From Macrostomum lignano (Eukaryota), in assembly GCA_002269645.1 (NCBI GenBank), contig NIVC01002330.1, positions 50,051 through 114,050 on the forward strand: a stretch of 64,000 nucleotides of DNA. The letters run 5' to 3'. A program made the position numbers and the translations under genes. The first letter of the stretch is position 1; each line of letters opens with the position of its first letter. This document shows positions 21,676 to 34,585 of this stretch, piece after piece. The notes below the pieces were generated by a model. It made no database searches and was not told the origin of the DNA. It saw only the letters and a list, made by a program, of their open reading frames with translations.

Positions 21676-24600
21676 TCAGGTAGCCCCGACAGCTGCACTG
21701 CTGGAACCCAGCACGTCGGCCGCAGCCTGCAGGTAGGCCAACAGGTGGCTCAACCGGTCGGATGGACCTGCCGGCCGGAAGCCGCTCAGCCGGACGGCTT
21801 CCTCTTCAAGTCGGACCAAATCTGGAGACTCCGCGAGAAGCTTGTCTCGATTGCGCATCATGTGTGCCCAGGTCTCCGTGGCGTGGTACAGGTGTAACAG
21901 GTGGCCCAAGAACTGCTCCCGCTGCTCAGCGGCTAGATTGCCATTCTTCATGGCTGCGCTGTGATTGGCCAGCTCCTGTCTGGAGGAGGGTGGGGAGTGA
22001 CAGAGTCAATCTATATCACTGCTGCTCTGTGATTGGCCAGCTCCTGTCTGGAGGAGGGTGGGGAGTGGCAGAGTCAATCTATATCACTGCTGCTCTGTGA
22101 TTGGCCAGCTCCTGTCTGGAGGAGGGTGGGGAGTGGCAGAGTCAATCTATATCACTGCTGCTCTGTGATTGGCCAGCTCCTGTCTGGAGGAGGGTGGGGA
22201 GTGACAGAGTCAATCTATATCACTGCTGCTCTGTGATTGGCCAGCTCCTGTCTGGAGGAGGGTGGGGAGTGGCAGAGTCAATCTATATTACTGCTGCTCT
22301 GTGATTGGCCAGCTCCTGTCTGGAGGAGGGTGGGAGTGACAGAGTCAATCTATATCACTGCTGCTCTGTGATTGGCCAGCTCCTGTCTGGAGGAGGGTGG
22401 GGAGTGGCAGAGTCAATCTATATTACTGCTGCTCTGTGATTGGCCAGCTCCTGTCTGGAGGAGGGTGGGGAGTGACAGAGTCAATCTATATCACTGCTGC
22501 TCTGTGATTGGCCAGCTCCTGTCTGGAGGAGGGTGGGGAGTGACAGAGTCAATCTATATCACTGCTGCTCTGTGATTGGCCAGCTCCTGTCTGGAGGAGG
22601 GTGGGGAGTGACAGAGTCAATCTATATCACTGCTGCTCTGTGATTGGCCAGCTCCTGTCTGGAGGAGGGTGGGGAGGACAGGGAAAAATATGGTTCTTAG
22701 AACTGGAATAATATTGAACTTGTTTTTATCCGAGACCGAAAATTGCTACACCTGAAAGGAGGCAGAGGCTCGGCTTGGCAACCAAATTCGACTAGAAATG
22801 AAAAAAATGGACCTAAAACTGAATTTTTTACAGAATATTTGCAAGCTAGAGTGTGCAACAGCACGCAGTAAGTCATTTTTACGGACAACTTTCTGCAGTG
22901 CGCTCCACACTGGAACGCATATATTCTAAATGTAAGCAAGGCTTAAATATTACCAACTGCCATACGACACAAGATAGATAAGGCAGAGAAGAGGGTAAGC
23001 AAGCTGTTTAGCAAAAAAATTTACGCAATAAATAGGCTGTGGATCATCGCTACAAATACAGAACCGGATGTGGCTGGTGAATTTTACTGTAACTGAATTA
23101 TTTATATTTTTGTACTCTTATTGAATCAGCCATGAATGCTCCACCCCAACCCAACGGGGCCACTACAGCTGTCAACTTACCTGTGAATAGAACGCAAATT
23201 CTGTTAAAGCCAAGACAGAATGCGCATCCAGTATTAGGATGGAAACTAACTGGTACAGTACATATTCCAGGCCAACGGGGGAGACGGAGAGAAAGTTAAA
23301 AGTACAGTTTAGTGGAATAGCTGGAAAAACAACTTGTTTAAGTTAGACTGGAATGCGAAGGCAGCGGAATGGGGGGAAGGCCGCATGACTGCAGCAGCAT
23401 GGCAACAGATAATAATAATAAACCCGAACGGACTTTTTAGCTAAAAACAAGCTCATTTATATCATGCCTATTTTTATCTGTGTGCAGTCAGTGCTAATGA
23501 TCTCCCAGAAATACGACCATAATGCAAATGAACATTGTGGTCCAACTGAGGATCTGGGAGGCTGGCTAAACAACCGAGGATCTGGGAGGCTGGCTAAACA
23601 ACTGAGGATCTGGGAGGCTGGCTAAACAACTGAGGATCTGGGGAAGAACTGAGGATCTGGGAGGCTGGCACAGCAACTGAGGATCTCAAGAGGCTGCAGC
23701 TGAGGATCTGCATGGAGGAAAGTGACCCAGTAACAGCAGCCCCAGCCCGGAGCAATCACCTGTAGCAGTAGTACTGCCTGTATTCCACCACGGACAGCAG
23801 CATGAGCATGCTCAGCTCGGCCAGACTATCCTTAGCCGTCGGCTTTCGCCCGTTGCCGCCGCCGTTGCTGCTCTGGCGCATCAGCTGGCGCGCGAACTGC
23901 CGCACAAAGGTGGCGATCTCCCGGTAGGTCTGGCGCGTCGGGGCCGCAGCGGCAGCCAACGCGGAGTCTCCGGCAGCGGCGCTGGCCCGCCTGCGCTCGT
24001 CGTCGGCCCAGCAGCCGGCTAGAAAAAGCAGACCGGCGTGCAGGAAGTGCCGCTTAGCGGAATCCGGCTGGGCAGATTTTATAGCCGCCTCCAGTTGCTG
24101 CTTGTGCGACTTGGCCCGCCGCAGCAGGGTCTCCAGCGGCGCCGAGCGCCACTGCCGCTCCAGTGCGGCCGCTCGACTGGCCTGGGCGCGATCGGTCAGC
24201 GCGGACAGCTGCTGCAGCTGGGCGGCCTCCGTGGCTGCTGCTGCTGGAACCGGCGGCACCGCGGCTGTCGGCCTGCTGGCTGGCTGCTGCTGCGGCTGCT
24301 GAGGCTGCGGCTGCTGCTGTTGAGTCTCCTCAGTCTGGACACCGAGGTCCCGACGTCGAAGCGAGCGCCTCTGATGTTTGGAGTGCCGGCTGTTACCGAT
24401 GGGAAGCAAAGCCAGCGGCACCCGCAGGTTCAGTCCGCCAGCGTGTGCGACTGCAACGACTCGCGTTTTGTTGGACTCTGACGTCGGATTAGGCGGCGGC
24501 GGAGTGTCGGAACGGCGACGCTTTCCAAGAATCGACTGGCTGGCCGGGTCTACGTCAAAAATTGACGAGATAATCGCTTTGCGCCGGTCTTGCAAGCTGC

Positions 24601-24963
24601 TAGCAGCTGCCGGCCGTTTCTCAGCCTCCTGGTCCAGCGGCTTCAGCGGCGCTTTGTCGAAGCTGCCAACCTGTTGGCGGATCTTCTTAAAATAGTTCAA
24701 ACACTTTCGAACTTCGTTCTCATCGTTGACGCCACCGCTGTAGTTTGGCGGGGTGGCCGTCAGGCCCACCCAGGCGCTGATGCTGCCGCTGACCGGGTCC
24801 TCCGAGCCGCCGACTCCGCCGAATCCGCCGTTGACGCGGCTGCCGCCTCCGCTGCCTCCGTCTGAGTCAGAGTCGCGCGAGTCGTCGCCGCCACCGCCGC
24901 TGAAGCCGTCGCTATCCGAGTCCCTGCGGTATTGATTTGTTTCACTGCGGTCATTCTCTCTTG
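21676..24963 (-). CDS. AFF: AF4/FMR2-family (AFF/lilliputian-like) protein, compact; complement(join(21676..21958,23760..24963)); 5' start unresolved (candidate ATG exon 25679..25695)
   Basis: C-terminal homology-domain-like blocks AKSHKQQLEA, HFLHAGLLFLAG, QTYREIATFVRQF and LYHATETWAHM...LSHLLAYLQAAADVL. N-terminal IRQQVGSFD resembles AFF IQSMLGNYD. The GT(23759)-AG(21959) intron joins in frame (AG|C = Ser). The frame stays open upstream of 24769 to a TAG near 24993. Confidence 0.65.
21959..22675. repeat. 68-bp minisatellite containing the 3' splice site of the last AFF intron
   Basis: About 10.5 units. On the minus strand each ends ...CTCCCCACCCTCCTCCAGACAGGAGCTGGCCAATCACAG. Confidence 0.95.
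23545..23712 (-). repeat. 28-bp minisatellite of the same family as 17575-18362, reverse orientation, in the AFF intron
   Basis: AACTGAGGATCTGGGAGGCTGG is the reverse complement of CCAGCCTCCCAGATCCTCAGTT. Confidence 0.85.
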
Positions 24964-25094
24964 CTATGATGGCTAAGTAGCTGACGAGGCTCTAGATTAA
25001 TAGTTACCCCAGCCTTCTACCCGAAATAATAGGTCGCCTCCTTGCTATATTTATTTGACAATTTCAGTCAAACTTATTGAACAAAATTCCAGAT

Positions 25095-25652
25095 CATTAT
25101 TTCGGATTATTAGAGTGGCCAGATTATAAGAGGCTGTTGGATTATCAATGCCTGATGGATTATCAATGCCTATTGGATTATCAGTGCCTATTGGATTATC
25201 AATGCCTATTGGATTATCAGTGCCTATTGGATTATCAATGCCTATTGGATTATCAGTGCCTATTGGATTATCAATGCCAATTGGATTATCAAATCCTGTG
25301 GGATTATCAAATCCTGTGGGATTATCAAATCCTATGGAATTATCAAACCCTGTGGGATTATCAGAGCCAATTGGATTATCAGAGCCTGTCGGATTATCAA
25401 ATCCTGTGGGATTATCAAATCTTGTGGGATTATCAAATCCTGTGGGATTATCAAATCCTGTGGGATTATCAAATCCTGTGGGATTATCAAATCCTGTGGG
25501 ATTATCAAATCCTGTGGGATTATTAAACCCTGTGGGATTATCAAATCCTATGGAATTATCAAACCCTGTGGGATTATCAGAGCCAATTGGATTATCAGAG
25601 CCTGTCGGATTATCAAATCCTGTTGGATTATCAGAGCCAATTGAATTATCAG
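25095..25652. repeat. 18-bp minisatellite (GGATTATCAAATCCTGTG / GGATTATCAATGCCTATT)
   Basis: About 30 units forming two variant blocks. Confidence 0.95.
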
Positions 25653-25704
25653 AACCAGACTATTTGAGGGTACTTTACAAAGCGAAACGATTCATTTCCA
25701 GGTA

Positions 25705-25880
25705 AAAACCACGGTCGAGTCTGCCTGTCCACCCGCCCGCACGCGTTCGCCTCTCACCCCTCCCCCTGCCCTGCCTCTCATTCCAGCCGCGCGCTAGCAG
25801 TGAAAACGTGCTGGACAGACCCCGTGCAATGCGCAGACAGGCAGGTAGTTTAGAAATGCATTTGCGCGCGCAAATTGGAC
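25705..25880 (-). promoter_or_regulatory. Possible GC-rich promoter/5' region of the AFF-like gene
   Basis: CpG-rich island between repeats, directly upstream (minus strand) of a candidate ATGAATCGT exon. Inference only. Confidence 0.3.
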
Positions 25881-26319
25881 ACAGAAGTAGCTAGCTAGCT
25901 GAGAGCAAACTCGCGAGCACGCAAGCTTCGAGAAATAAACATTTTAAAGAGTGACTGCCACTTGCTAGCAGATGTAAGAAAAAAGAATATGCGTAAGCAC
26001 TAACAAGTAGAATTAATTTACATAAATTGAGTTCATTGCCAGTAAAAACTGACAACATCTTCACTGCATTATAGTGCACACCGTGCTATCCTCATTCGCT
26101 TTGCTCATTTCAGTTTCATGAGACGCATATTCGTACTCTTAGCCTTAACTCAGCGGTAAACAGCCTGCCCCATTCGGCGTTCAACTCTTTGCAATTATTT
26201 GCAATTTTAGCAAGCCATTATTGCAATTTGAGTCCCCTCAAGTCCTTGCAGCATGCGCCTATTTATGTCCCTTACACTGCCTGCGTCAGCGCAATTCCAT
26301 GGTCCTTGCGTTTTTATCT

Positions 26320-27700
26320 TCTCTTTTCTCATCTCCTCTCCTCCTCTTTTCTTATCTCCTTTCATCTATCTCTTCTCCTTTTTTACTTTCTTCTCCTCTC
26401 TTCTCAACCTTATCCTCTCCTATAATCTTTTCTTATCTCTGCCTTGCTCCTCTCCTCTCCTCTTCTCTCCTCTCCTCTTCTCTCCTTTCCTCACCTCTCC
26501 TCTCCACTTCTCTCCTCTCCACTACTCTCCTCTTTTCTCATATCCTCTCCTCTTCTTTCCTCTCCACTTCTTTCCTCTTCACTCCTTTCCTCTCCACTTC
26601 TCTCCTCTCCACTCCTCTTCCCTCCACTCCTTTCCTCTCCACTCCTTTCCTCTCCACTCATTTCCTCTCCACTCCTTTCCTCTCCACTTCTTTCCTCTCC
26701 ACTTCTTTCCTCTCCACTCCTTTCCTCTCCACTTCTTTCCTCTCCACTCCTTTCCTCTCCACTCCTTTCCTCTCCACTTCTTTCCTCTCCACTTCTTTCC
26801 TCTCCACTTCTTTCCTCTCCACTCCTTTCCTCTCCACTTCTTTCCTCTCCACTCCTTTCCTCTCCTCTTCTTTCCTCTCCACTTCTTTCCTCTTCACTCC
26901 TTTCCTCTCCACTCCTCTTCCCTCCACTTCTTTCCTCTCCACTTCTTTCCTCTCCACTCCTTTCCTCTCCACTCCTTTCCTCTTCACTCCTTTCCTCTCC
27001 ACTTCTTTCCTCTCCACTCCTTTCCTCTCCACTTCTTTCCTCTCCACTCCTTTCCTCTTCACTCCTTTCCTCTCCACTTCTTTCCTCTCCACTCCTTTCC
27101 TCTCCACTCCTTTCCTCTCCACTCCTCTTCCCTTCACTCCTTTCCTCTCCACTTCTTTCCTCTCCACTTCTTTCCTCTCCACTCCTTTCCTCTCCACTCC
27201 TCTTCCCTCCACTTCTTTCCTCTCCACTTCTTTCCTCTCCACTCCTCTTCCCTTCACTTCTTTCCTCTCCACTTCTTTCCTCTCCACTCCTTTCCTCTCC
27301 ACTCCTTTCCTCTCCACTCCTTTCCTCTCCACTTCTTTCCTCTCCACTTCTTTCCTCTCCACTTCTTTCCTCTCCACTTCTTTCCTCTCCACTTCTTTCC
27401 TCTCCACTTCTTTCCTCTCCACTCCTTTCCTCTCCACTTCTTTCCTCTCCACTCCTTTCCTCTCCACTTCTTTCCTCTCCACTTCTTTCCTCTTCACTCC
27501 TTTCCTCTCCACTCCTCTTCCCTCCACTTCTTTCCTCTCCACTTCTTTCCTCTCCACTTCTTTCCTCTCCACTTCTTTCCTCTCCACTTCTTTCCTCTTC
27601 ACTCCTTTCCTCTCCACTCCTCTTCCCTCCACTCCACTCCTCTCATTTTTTCTTATCTCTGCTCCGCTTTCTCTTCTCTTCTCATCTAGTCATCTCATCT
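26320..27700. repeat. Polypyrimidine tract with a 15-bp unit (CTCTCCAC[T]TC[T/C]TTTC-type)
   Basis: About 1.4 kb, almost only C/T, with one A per unit. Confidence 0.97.
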
Positions 27701-28194
27701 CCACGCTACTCCTCTCCACAATTTAGTCAAACTGATGCTGCTAATCACTGTTACCGGATTCTATAACTGACCAGTGGGGAGAGGGACTCCATTTAGTCAA
27801 TATGCGAAACCATACAGGGAGTGCAGGGAGTACAGGGAGTGCAGGCTCCCGGCTTTTATTACTCCATTTTTGTTCAATTAAAAAGCCAATGTGTAAGCCT
27901 GAAGCATAGCCTGAAGCATCCAATCAAGCCTGCTTCAAGTCGTGCTTCGCAAAATATGAAGTTAAGCTTATTTAGATTATAACAAACCACTCGACTGTGG
28001 TATTAAACTAGATCATGCGGTTAGGCTGAAGGAAATTGTTACAAAAATTACTTAATTAATGCAACACTAATTCCCATTTCTCTGTCTTAAGCTTAACCTT
28101 CAAAGTTGACCGAAACTGTACCGAAAGTGTACGCAATTGAAGACGACTATAGGTATACACATAATGGGAATCTTGTACGACGTGGTTTCAAGCA

Positions 28195-29165
28195 CCTGAT
28201 CAAGCTTTTAGCATAGCCTGAAGCACCCAATCAAGCCTGAAGCATAGCCTGAAGCATCCGATCAAGCCTGAAGCATAGCCTGAAGCATCCGATCAAGCCT
28301 GAAGCATAGCCTGAAGCATCCGATCAAGCCTGAAGCATAGCCTAAAGCATCCGATCAAGCCTGAAGCATAGCCTGAAGCATCCGATCAAGCCTGAAGCAT
28401 TGGCCTGAAGCATCCGATCAAGCCTGAAGCATAGCCTAAAGCATCCGATCAAGCCTGAAGCATAGCCTAAAGCATCCGATCAAGCCTGAAGCATAGCCTG
28501 AAGCATAGCCTGAAGCATCCAATCAAGCCTGAAGCATTGGCCTGAAGCATACGATCAAGCCTGAAACATAGCCTAAAGCACCCGATCAAGCCTGAAGCAT
28601 AGCCTAAAGCACCCAATCAAGCCTGAAGCATAGCCTAAAGCACTCAATCAAGCCTGAAGCATAGCCTAAAGCACCCAATCAAGCCTGAAGCATAGCTTGA
28701 AGCACCAAATCAAGCCTGAAGCATAGCCTGAAGCATCCGATCAAGCCTGAAGCATTAGCCTGAAGCATCCAATCAAGCCTGAAGCATAGCCTAAAGCATC
28801 CGATCAAGCCTGAAGCATAGCCTAAAGCATCCAATCAAGCCTGAAGCATAGCCTGAAGCATCCGATCAAGCCTGAAGCATAGCCTGAAGCATCTGATCAA
28901 GCCTGAAGCATAGCCTAAAGCATCTGATCAAGCCTGAAGCATAGCCTAAAGCATCCGATCAAGCCTGAAGCATAGCCTAAAGCATCCAATCAAGCCTGAA
29001 GCATAGCCTGAAGCATCCAATCAAGCCTGAAGCATAGCCTAAAGCATCCGATCAAGCCTGAAGCATAGCCTAAAGCATCCAATCAAGCCTGAAGCATAGC
29101 CTGAAGTATCCAATCAAGCTTGAAGCATGCGATCAACCTTGAAGCACCCAATCAAGCCTGAAGCA
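28195..29165. repeat. 31-bp minisatellite (ATCAAGCCTGAAGCATAGCCTGAAGCATCCG)
   Basis: About 30 units, plus one detached unit at about 27895-27935. Confidence 0.95.
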
Positions 29166-30983
29166 CCTAATTAATCTTTCCATATGACTTGAAGAATTTG
29201 AATAATTGAGTTATATAGTTATGATTCTATAGCATTTTAGATACAAGCGATGTTTCTGACCAATTGTCTAAAGAAAAATGGTTATATATAAAAAACTATT
29301 CAACATCTATAGTCTACTGAACTCTTCATTACACTAAAACCCCACAGAACAACAGAAAATGCAACTCAAAACCTTACATGTTACTGAACAGGGGTGAATG
29401 CATCAGATCAGTAGCCATGTTGAAGCTTTGAGGCAATCAGCTCAAGGCTTTTGCAGCAGCCCCAGGACTGAAGAAAGTCTATCACTAGGGATTACAGCAG
29501 GCAGTTTCTGGTGTTGCTAAATTAGTTTAAGTCAAAACAATAGTGCATGAAAGTTTATAACAATTGCATTATAAAGTAAAAATTAAAAAAATAAAGTTAT
29601 AGCATTAAACTTAACTTTAATTTTTTTAAATGGAAGAACAGACAAAAATTATGTTTACATGTTTATAAGTAGTACATTGCAAAGAAAGAATATATTTAAT
29701 AAAAATAAATTACAACTAAAATATATTTTTCAATTTTACAAAAATTGAAAAGACAATTGATTTTGTTATTTTGAAGCATATACAATAATAATGTCAATAA
29801 ATGTTCAATATTAAATGTAAATTGATACATTTATAGATAGGGTATATGCTATTTTATATCCTCTTTGCTAAAAAGGATAATATATATGTATATTTATATA
29901 TATATGTTAAAATATATTAAAGACTTACAATAATATTATCTTATCAAAAATCAATGACCATATTGATACTACAACAAGATCACTTAGGTGATAAGGTGAA
30001 CAACCTTGTTTTAAAAAACTTTTAATTCAACTATATTTTGTATTATATATATATAAAAACTAAGCAATAAATGTTAACTCACTGTTAAGAACAAAAATAT
30101 TTAATAAATATTACATTGTTATAAAAGAATTAGCCATTATTTATCAGAGTTTGGTCCACTTAGAAATTTGTAAATGTAAATGTAAATTGTAAATAAAAGA
30201 ATATTCTTTCAACTTTTTTCTCAAGTTAAAACATTCTTCATAAAAAGGTATTACTATTAGTCTATTAGAAAAATAAGTGCTTTAAATGAAAATTATTATA
30301 CAAATTTATATAGCACAACATATACATGCATACAGTAGTGAGTCAAAAATCGTATGAGAAAGATAATCATTAAAATTCTTTAAAATGTTAGAGTAAACGA
30401 CAGTACCTTGAACGAAAGCGAAAAAATGCTGAGACTGGCAAAAGCGATAATTTATTAACTGAGACTATTTTAAACGATTGCGAGATAAGGTTATGCTTCG
30501 TATCTAAAAATAGAAAATATTGTTGCTACATTACTTATCATGTAATATTGGTAGTTTAGAAAAACTTTTACTTCATTAATTATAACTATACTTTTTTATA
30601 ATAGTATGTAAAGCAAAAACATGACATTGTTTTACTGCTTAAACTGCAACGGAGTTTAATTGTGCTAAGTTCTTGTTAATTTTAAGTATTCGTGCGCGCC
30701 CATGCCTGGTAATTTTGTAAATATCCCTTTAGTACGGCAATTTTAGAAAGAGTGGACTAGCAATCTACGCCCCCCGTTGGGGAGCCAAAGAAATGCAATA
30801 CACGTTTTTTTAATAAGCTACATGTATCCTTGAAATCTTAAAAAATCTCCTGTCAAACCTTGTAAGCCTTGACATGTCAGTAATTCCCCCCCACAAGCTT
30901 TAACATATCAACTTCCCCCCTTGACATCTCAGCAATGCCCCCAATAAGCCTTGGAAATCTAAAAATATCTGTCAATCAACCTT

Positions 30984-31058
30984 CTAACCCTAACCCTAAA
31001 CCTAACCCTAACCCTAACCATAACCCTAACCTAACCCTAACCCTAACCCTAACCCTAA
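30984..31058. repeat. Interstitial telomere-like (CCCTAA)n tract inside Helitron copy 2
   Basis: About 12 imperfect CCCTAA units. Confidence 0.85.
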
Positions 31059-31869
31059 AGCATTGAAATTTCAGTAATTCTCTCTAAGAGTCATTATAGC
31101 ACTACTACAGCATTATAGCGATTCCCTGCAAGCCTCGACATCGTAGGGATTCCCAAATGAATCTCTTAACTTCGACATGAAGCTTTTTTTATTTTTATCA
31201 GCGATCCCTCCCCTGACGAGGCATCAAATAATGTAATAAAAAGTTTTCAATAAACTACATGTAGCTTCTGACTTTAGCCTTGAAATCTCATTTATACCCC
31301 CGTGAGCCTTGACATCTCAGCTATTCCCCCGTAAGCCTTGACATGTCAGCGATGGCCCCCAAAAAACCTTGACATCTAAAAAACCCCCTGTTAAACTTGA
31401 AACCCGATAAAATATAACCCTCAACCCACACCTGACCTAAACCTAACTTTAACCCAACCTAAAGTCTTGAAATCTCAGCAATTCTTCTCCCCTAAGCCTT
31501 GACATTTTAGTGATTCCTTCTTTAAGAATCACAGCACTATAACGATTTCCACCAAGCTTTGACATTGTAAGCAATTCCCAAATGAAACTTTGACATGACT
31601 TTTCTTTGATGTATACATAGTGCCACTTTTATTTTTTACATGACTCTTCTTCTATCAGCGCCTCACCCCGTGGCGAGCCAACAAAGAATGCAATAAAAAA
31701 ATTGAGTAAAGTACATGAACTTTGAAGTAGCTTCCGGCTTTTGCTTTGACATCTCAGAACCCCCCCCCCCCTGTAATCTCAGTTATTCTCTGAGAGCCTT
31801 TACGTCTGTTTTTCTCCCCAGCACAGCATTATAGCTGCATTTAATTTTTACATGAACCCTTCATGTCTG

Positions 31870-34585
31870 ACATGACGCTTCTTTTATTCTACCATGATGC
31901 TTCCTTATTTTTTAAATGACGCTTCTATGATTTTTTCATGACGCTTCCATGATTTTTACATGACGCTTCTATGATTTTTTACATGACGCTTCTATGATTT
32001 TTACATGACGCTTCTATGATTTTTACATGACGCTTTAATGATTTTTACTTGACGCTTCTATGATTTTTTACTTGACGCTTCTATGATTTTTTCATGACGC
32101 TTCTATGCCTTTTACATGACGCTTTCATGATTTTTACATGACGCTTTAATGATTTTTTCATGACGCTTCTATGATTTTTTACATGACGCTTCTATGATTT
32201 TTTACTTGACGCTTCTATGATTTTTACTTGACGCTTCTATGATTTTTTACATTACGCTTCTATGATTTTTTCATGACGCTTCCATGATTTTTACATGACG
32301 CTTCTATGATTTTTTACATGACGCTTCTATGATTTTTTACATGACGCTTCTATGATTTTTTTACATGACGCTTCTATGATCTTTACATGACGCTTCTTTG
32401 CTTTTACATTACGCTTCTATGATTGTTTACATGACGCTTCTATGATTTTTACATGACGCTTAAATGATTTTTACATGACGCTTCAATGATTGTTTACATG
32501 ACGCTTCTATGATTTTTACATGACGCTTCAATGATTGTTTACATGACGCTTCTATGATTTTTACATGACGCTTCTATGATTTTTACATGACACTTCCATG
32601 ATTGTTTACATGACGCTTCTATGATTTTTTACATGACGCTTCTATGATTTTTTACATGACGCTTCTATGATTGTTTACATGACGCTTCTATGATTTTTTC
32701 ATGACGCTTCTACGATTTTTTACATGACGCTTCTATGATTGTTTACATGACGCTTCTATGATTTTTTACATGACGCTTCTATGATTTTTTATGACGCTTC
32801 TATGATTGTTTACATGACGCTTCAATGATTGTTTACATGACGCTTCTATGATTTTTTACATGACGCTTCTATGATTTTTTACATGACGCTTCTATGATTG
32901 TTTACATGACGCATCTATGATTTTTTCATGACGCTTCTACGATTTTTTACATGACACTTCTATGATTGTTTACATGACGCTTCTATGATTTTTTACATGA
33001 CGCTTCTATGATTTTTTATGACGCTTCAATGATTTTTACATGACGCTTCAATGATTGTTTACATGACGCTTCTATGATTTTTTACATGACGCTTCTATGA
33101 TTTTTTACATGACGCTTCTATGATTGTTTACATGACGCATCTATGATTTTACATGACACTTCTATGATTGTTTACATGACGTTTCTATGATTTTTTTACA
33201 TCACGCTTCTATGATTTTTTACATGACGCTTCTATGATTTTTTACATGACGCTTCTATGATTTTTTACATTACGCTTCTATGATTTTTTCATGACGCTTC
33301 CATGATTTTTACATGACGCTTCTATGATTTTTTACATGACGCTTCTATGATTTTTTACATGACGCTTCTATGATTTTTTTACATGACGCTTCTATGATCT
33401 TTACATGACGCTTCTTTGCTTTTACATTACGCTTCTATGATTGTTTACATGACGCTTCTATGATTTTTACATGACGCTTAAATGATTTTTACATGACGCT
33501 TCAATGATTGTTTACATGACGCTTCTATGATTTTTACATGACGCTTCTATGATTGTTTACATGACGCTTCTATGATTTTTACATGACGCTTCTATGATTT
33601 TTACATGACACGTCTATGATTGTTTACATTACGCTTCTATGATTTTTTACATGACGCTTTTATGATTTTTTACATGACGCTTCTATGATTGTTTACATGA
33701 CGCTTCTATGATTTTTTCATGACGCTTCTACGATTTTTTACATGACGCTTCTATGATTGTTTACATGACGCTTCTATGATTTTTTACATGACGCTTCTAT
33801 GATTTTTTATGACGCTTCTATGATTGTTTACATGACGCTTCAATGATTGTTTACATGACGCTTCTATGATTTTTTACATGACGCTTCTATGATTTTTACA
33901 TGACGCTTCTATGATTGTTTACATGACGCATCTATGATTTTACATGACACTTCCATGATTGTTTACATGACGCTTCTATGATTTTTTCATGACGCTTCTA
34001 CGATTTTTTACATGACACTTCTATGATTGTTTACATGACGCTTCTATGATTTTTTACATGACGCTTCTATGATTTTTTATGACGCTTCAATGATTTTTAC
34101 ATGACGCTTCAATGATTGTTTACATGACGCTTCTATGATTTTTTACATGACGCTTCTATGATTTTTTACATGACGCTTCTATGATTGTTTACATGACGCA
34201 TCTATGATTTTACATGACACTTCTATGATTGTTTACATGACGCTTCTATGATTTTTTACATCACGCTTCTATGATTTTTTACGTGACGCTTCTATGATTG
34301 TTTACATGACGCTTCTATGATTTTTTACTTGACGCTTCTATGATTTTTTATGACGCTTCCATGATTTTTACATGACGCTTCAATGATTTTTACATGACGC
34401 TTCAATGATTGTTTACATGACGCTTCTATGATTTTTACATGACGCTTCTATGATTTTTTACATGACGCTTCTATGATTGTTTACATGACGCTTCTATGAT
34501 TTTTTACATGACGCTTCTATGATTGTTTACATGACGCTTCTATGATTTTTTGCATGACTATTCTATGATTTTTTACATGACGCCT
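31870..34585. repeat. 23-24-bp minisatellite (TTTACATGACGCTTCTATGATTT) inside Helitron copy 2
   Basis: About 115 units. Rare variants recur 1018 bp apart (32381/33399 and 32461/33479). Confidence 0.96.

Noticed and set aside
21959-22675. CRISPR-like appearance of regular 31-68-bp repeats (also 28195-29165 and 40713-41555)
   Set aside because: Head-to-tail tandem units with no unique spacers, no cas genes, and a eukaryotic intron context.
26189-27766. Long Ser/Phe/Leu or ERKEV ORFs
   Set aside because: A polypyrimidine tract is stop-poor in every frame by composition.
30331-30360. Possible Tc1/mariner TIR (TA|CAGTAGTGAGTCAAAAAT)
   Set aside because: No matching inverted copy and no transposase found in the window.
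30984-31058. Chromosome end or telomere fusion
   Set aside because: Short and imperfect, and embedded in a repeated module of a Helitron.
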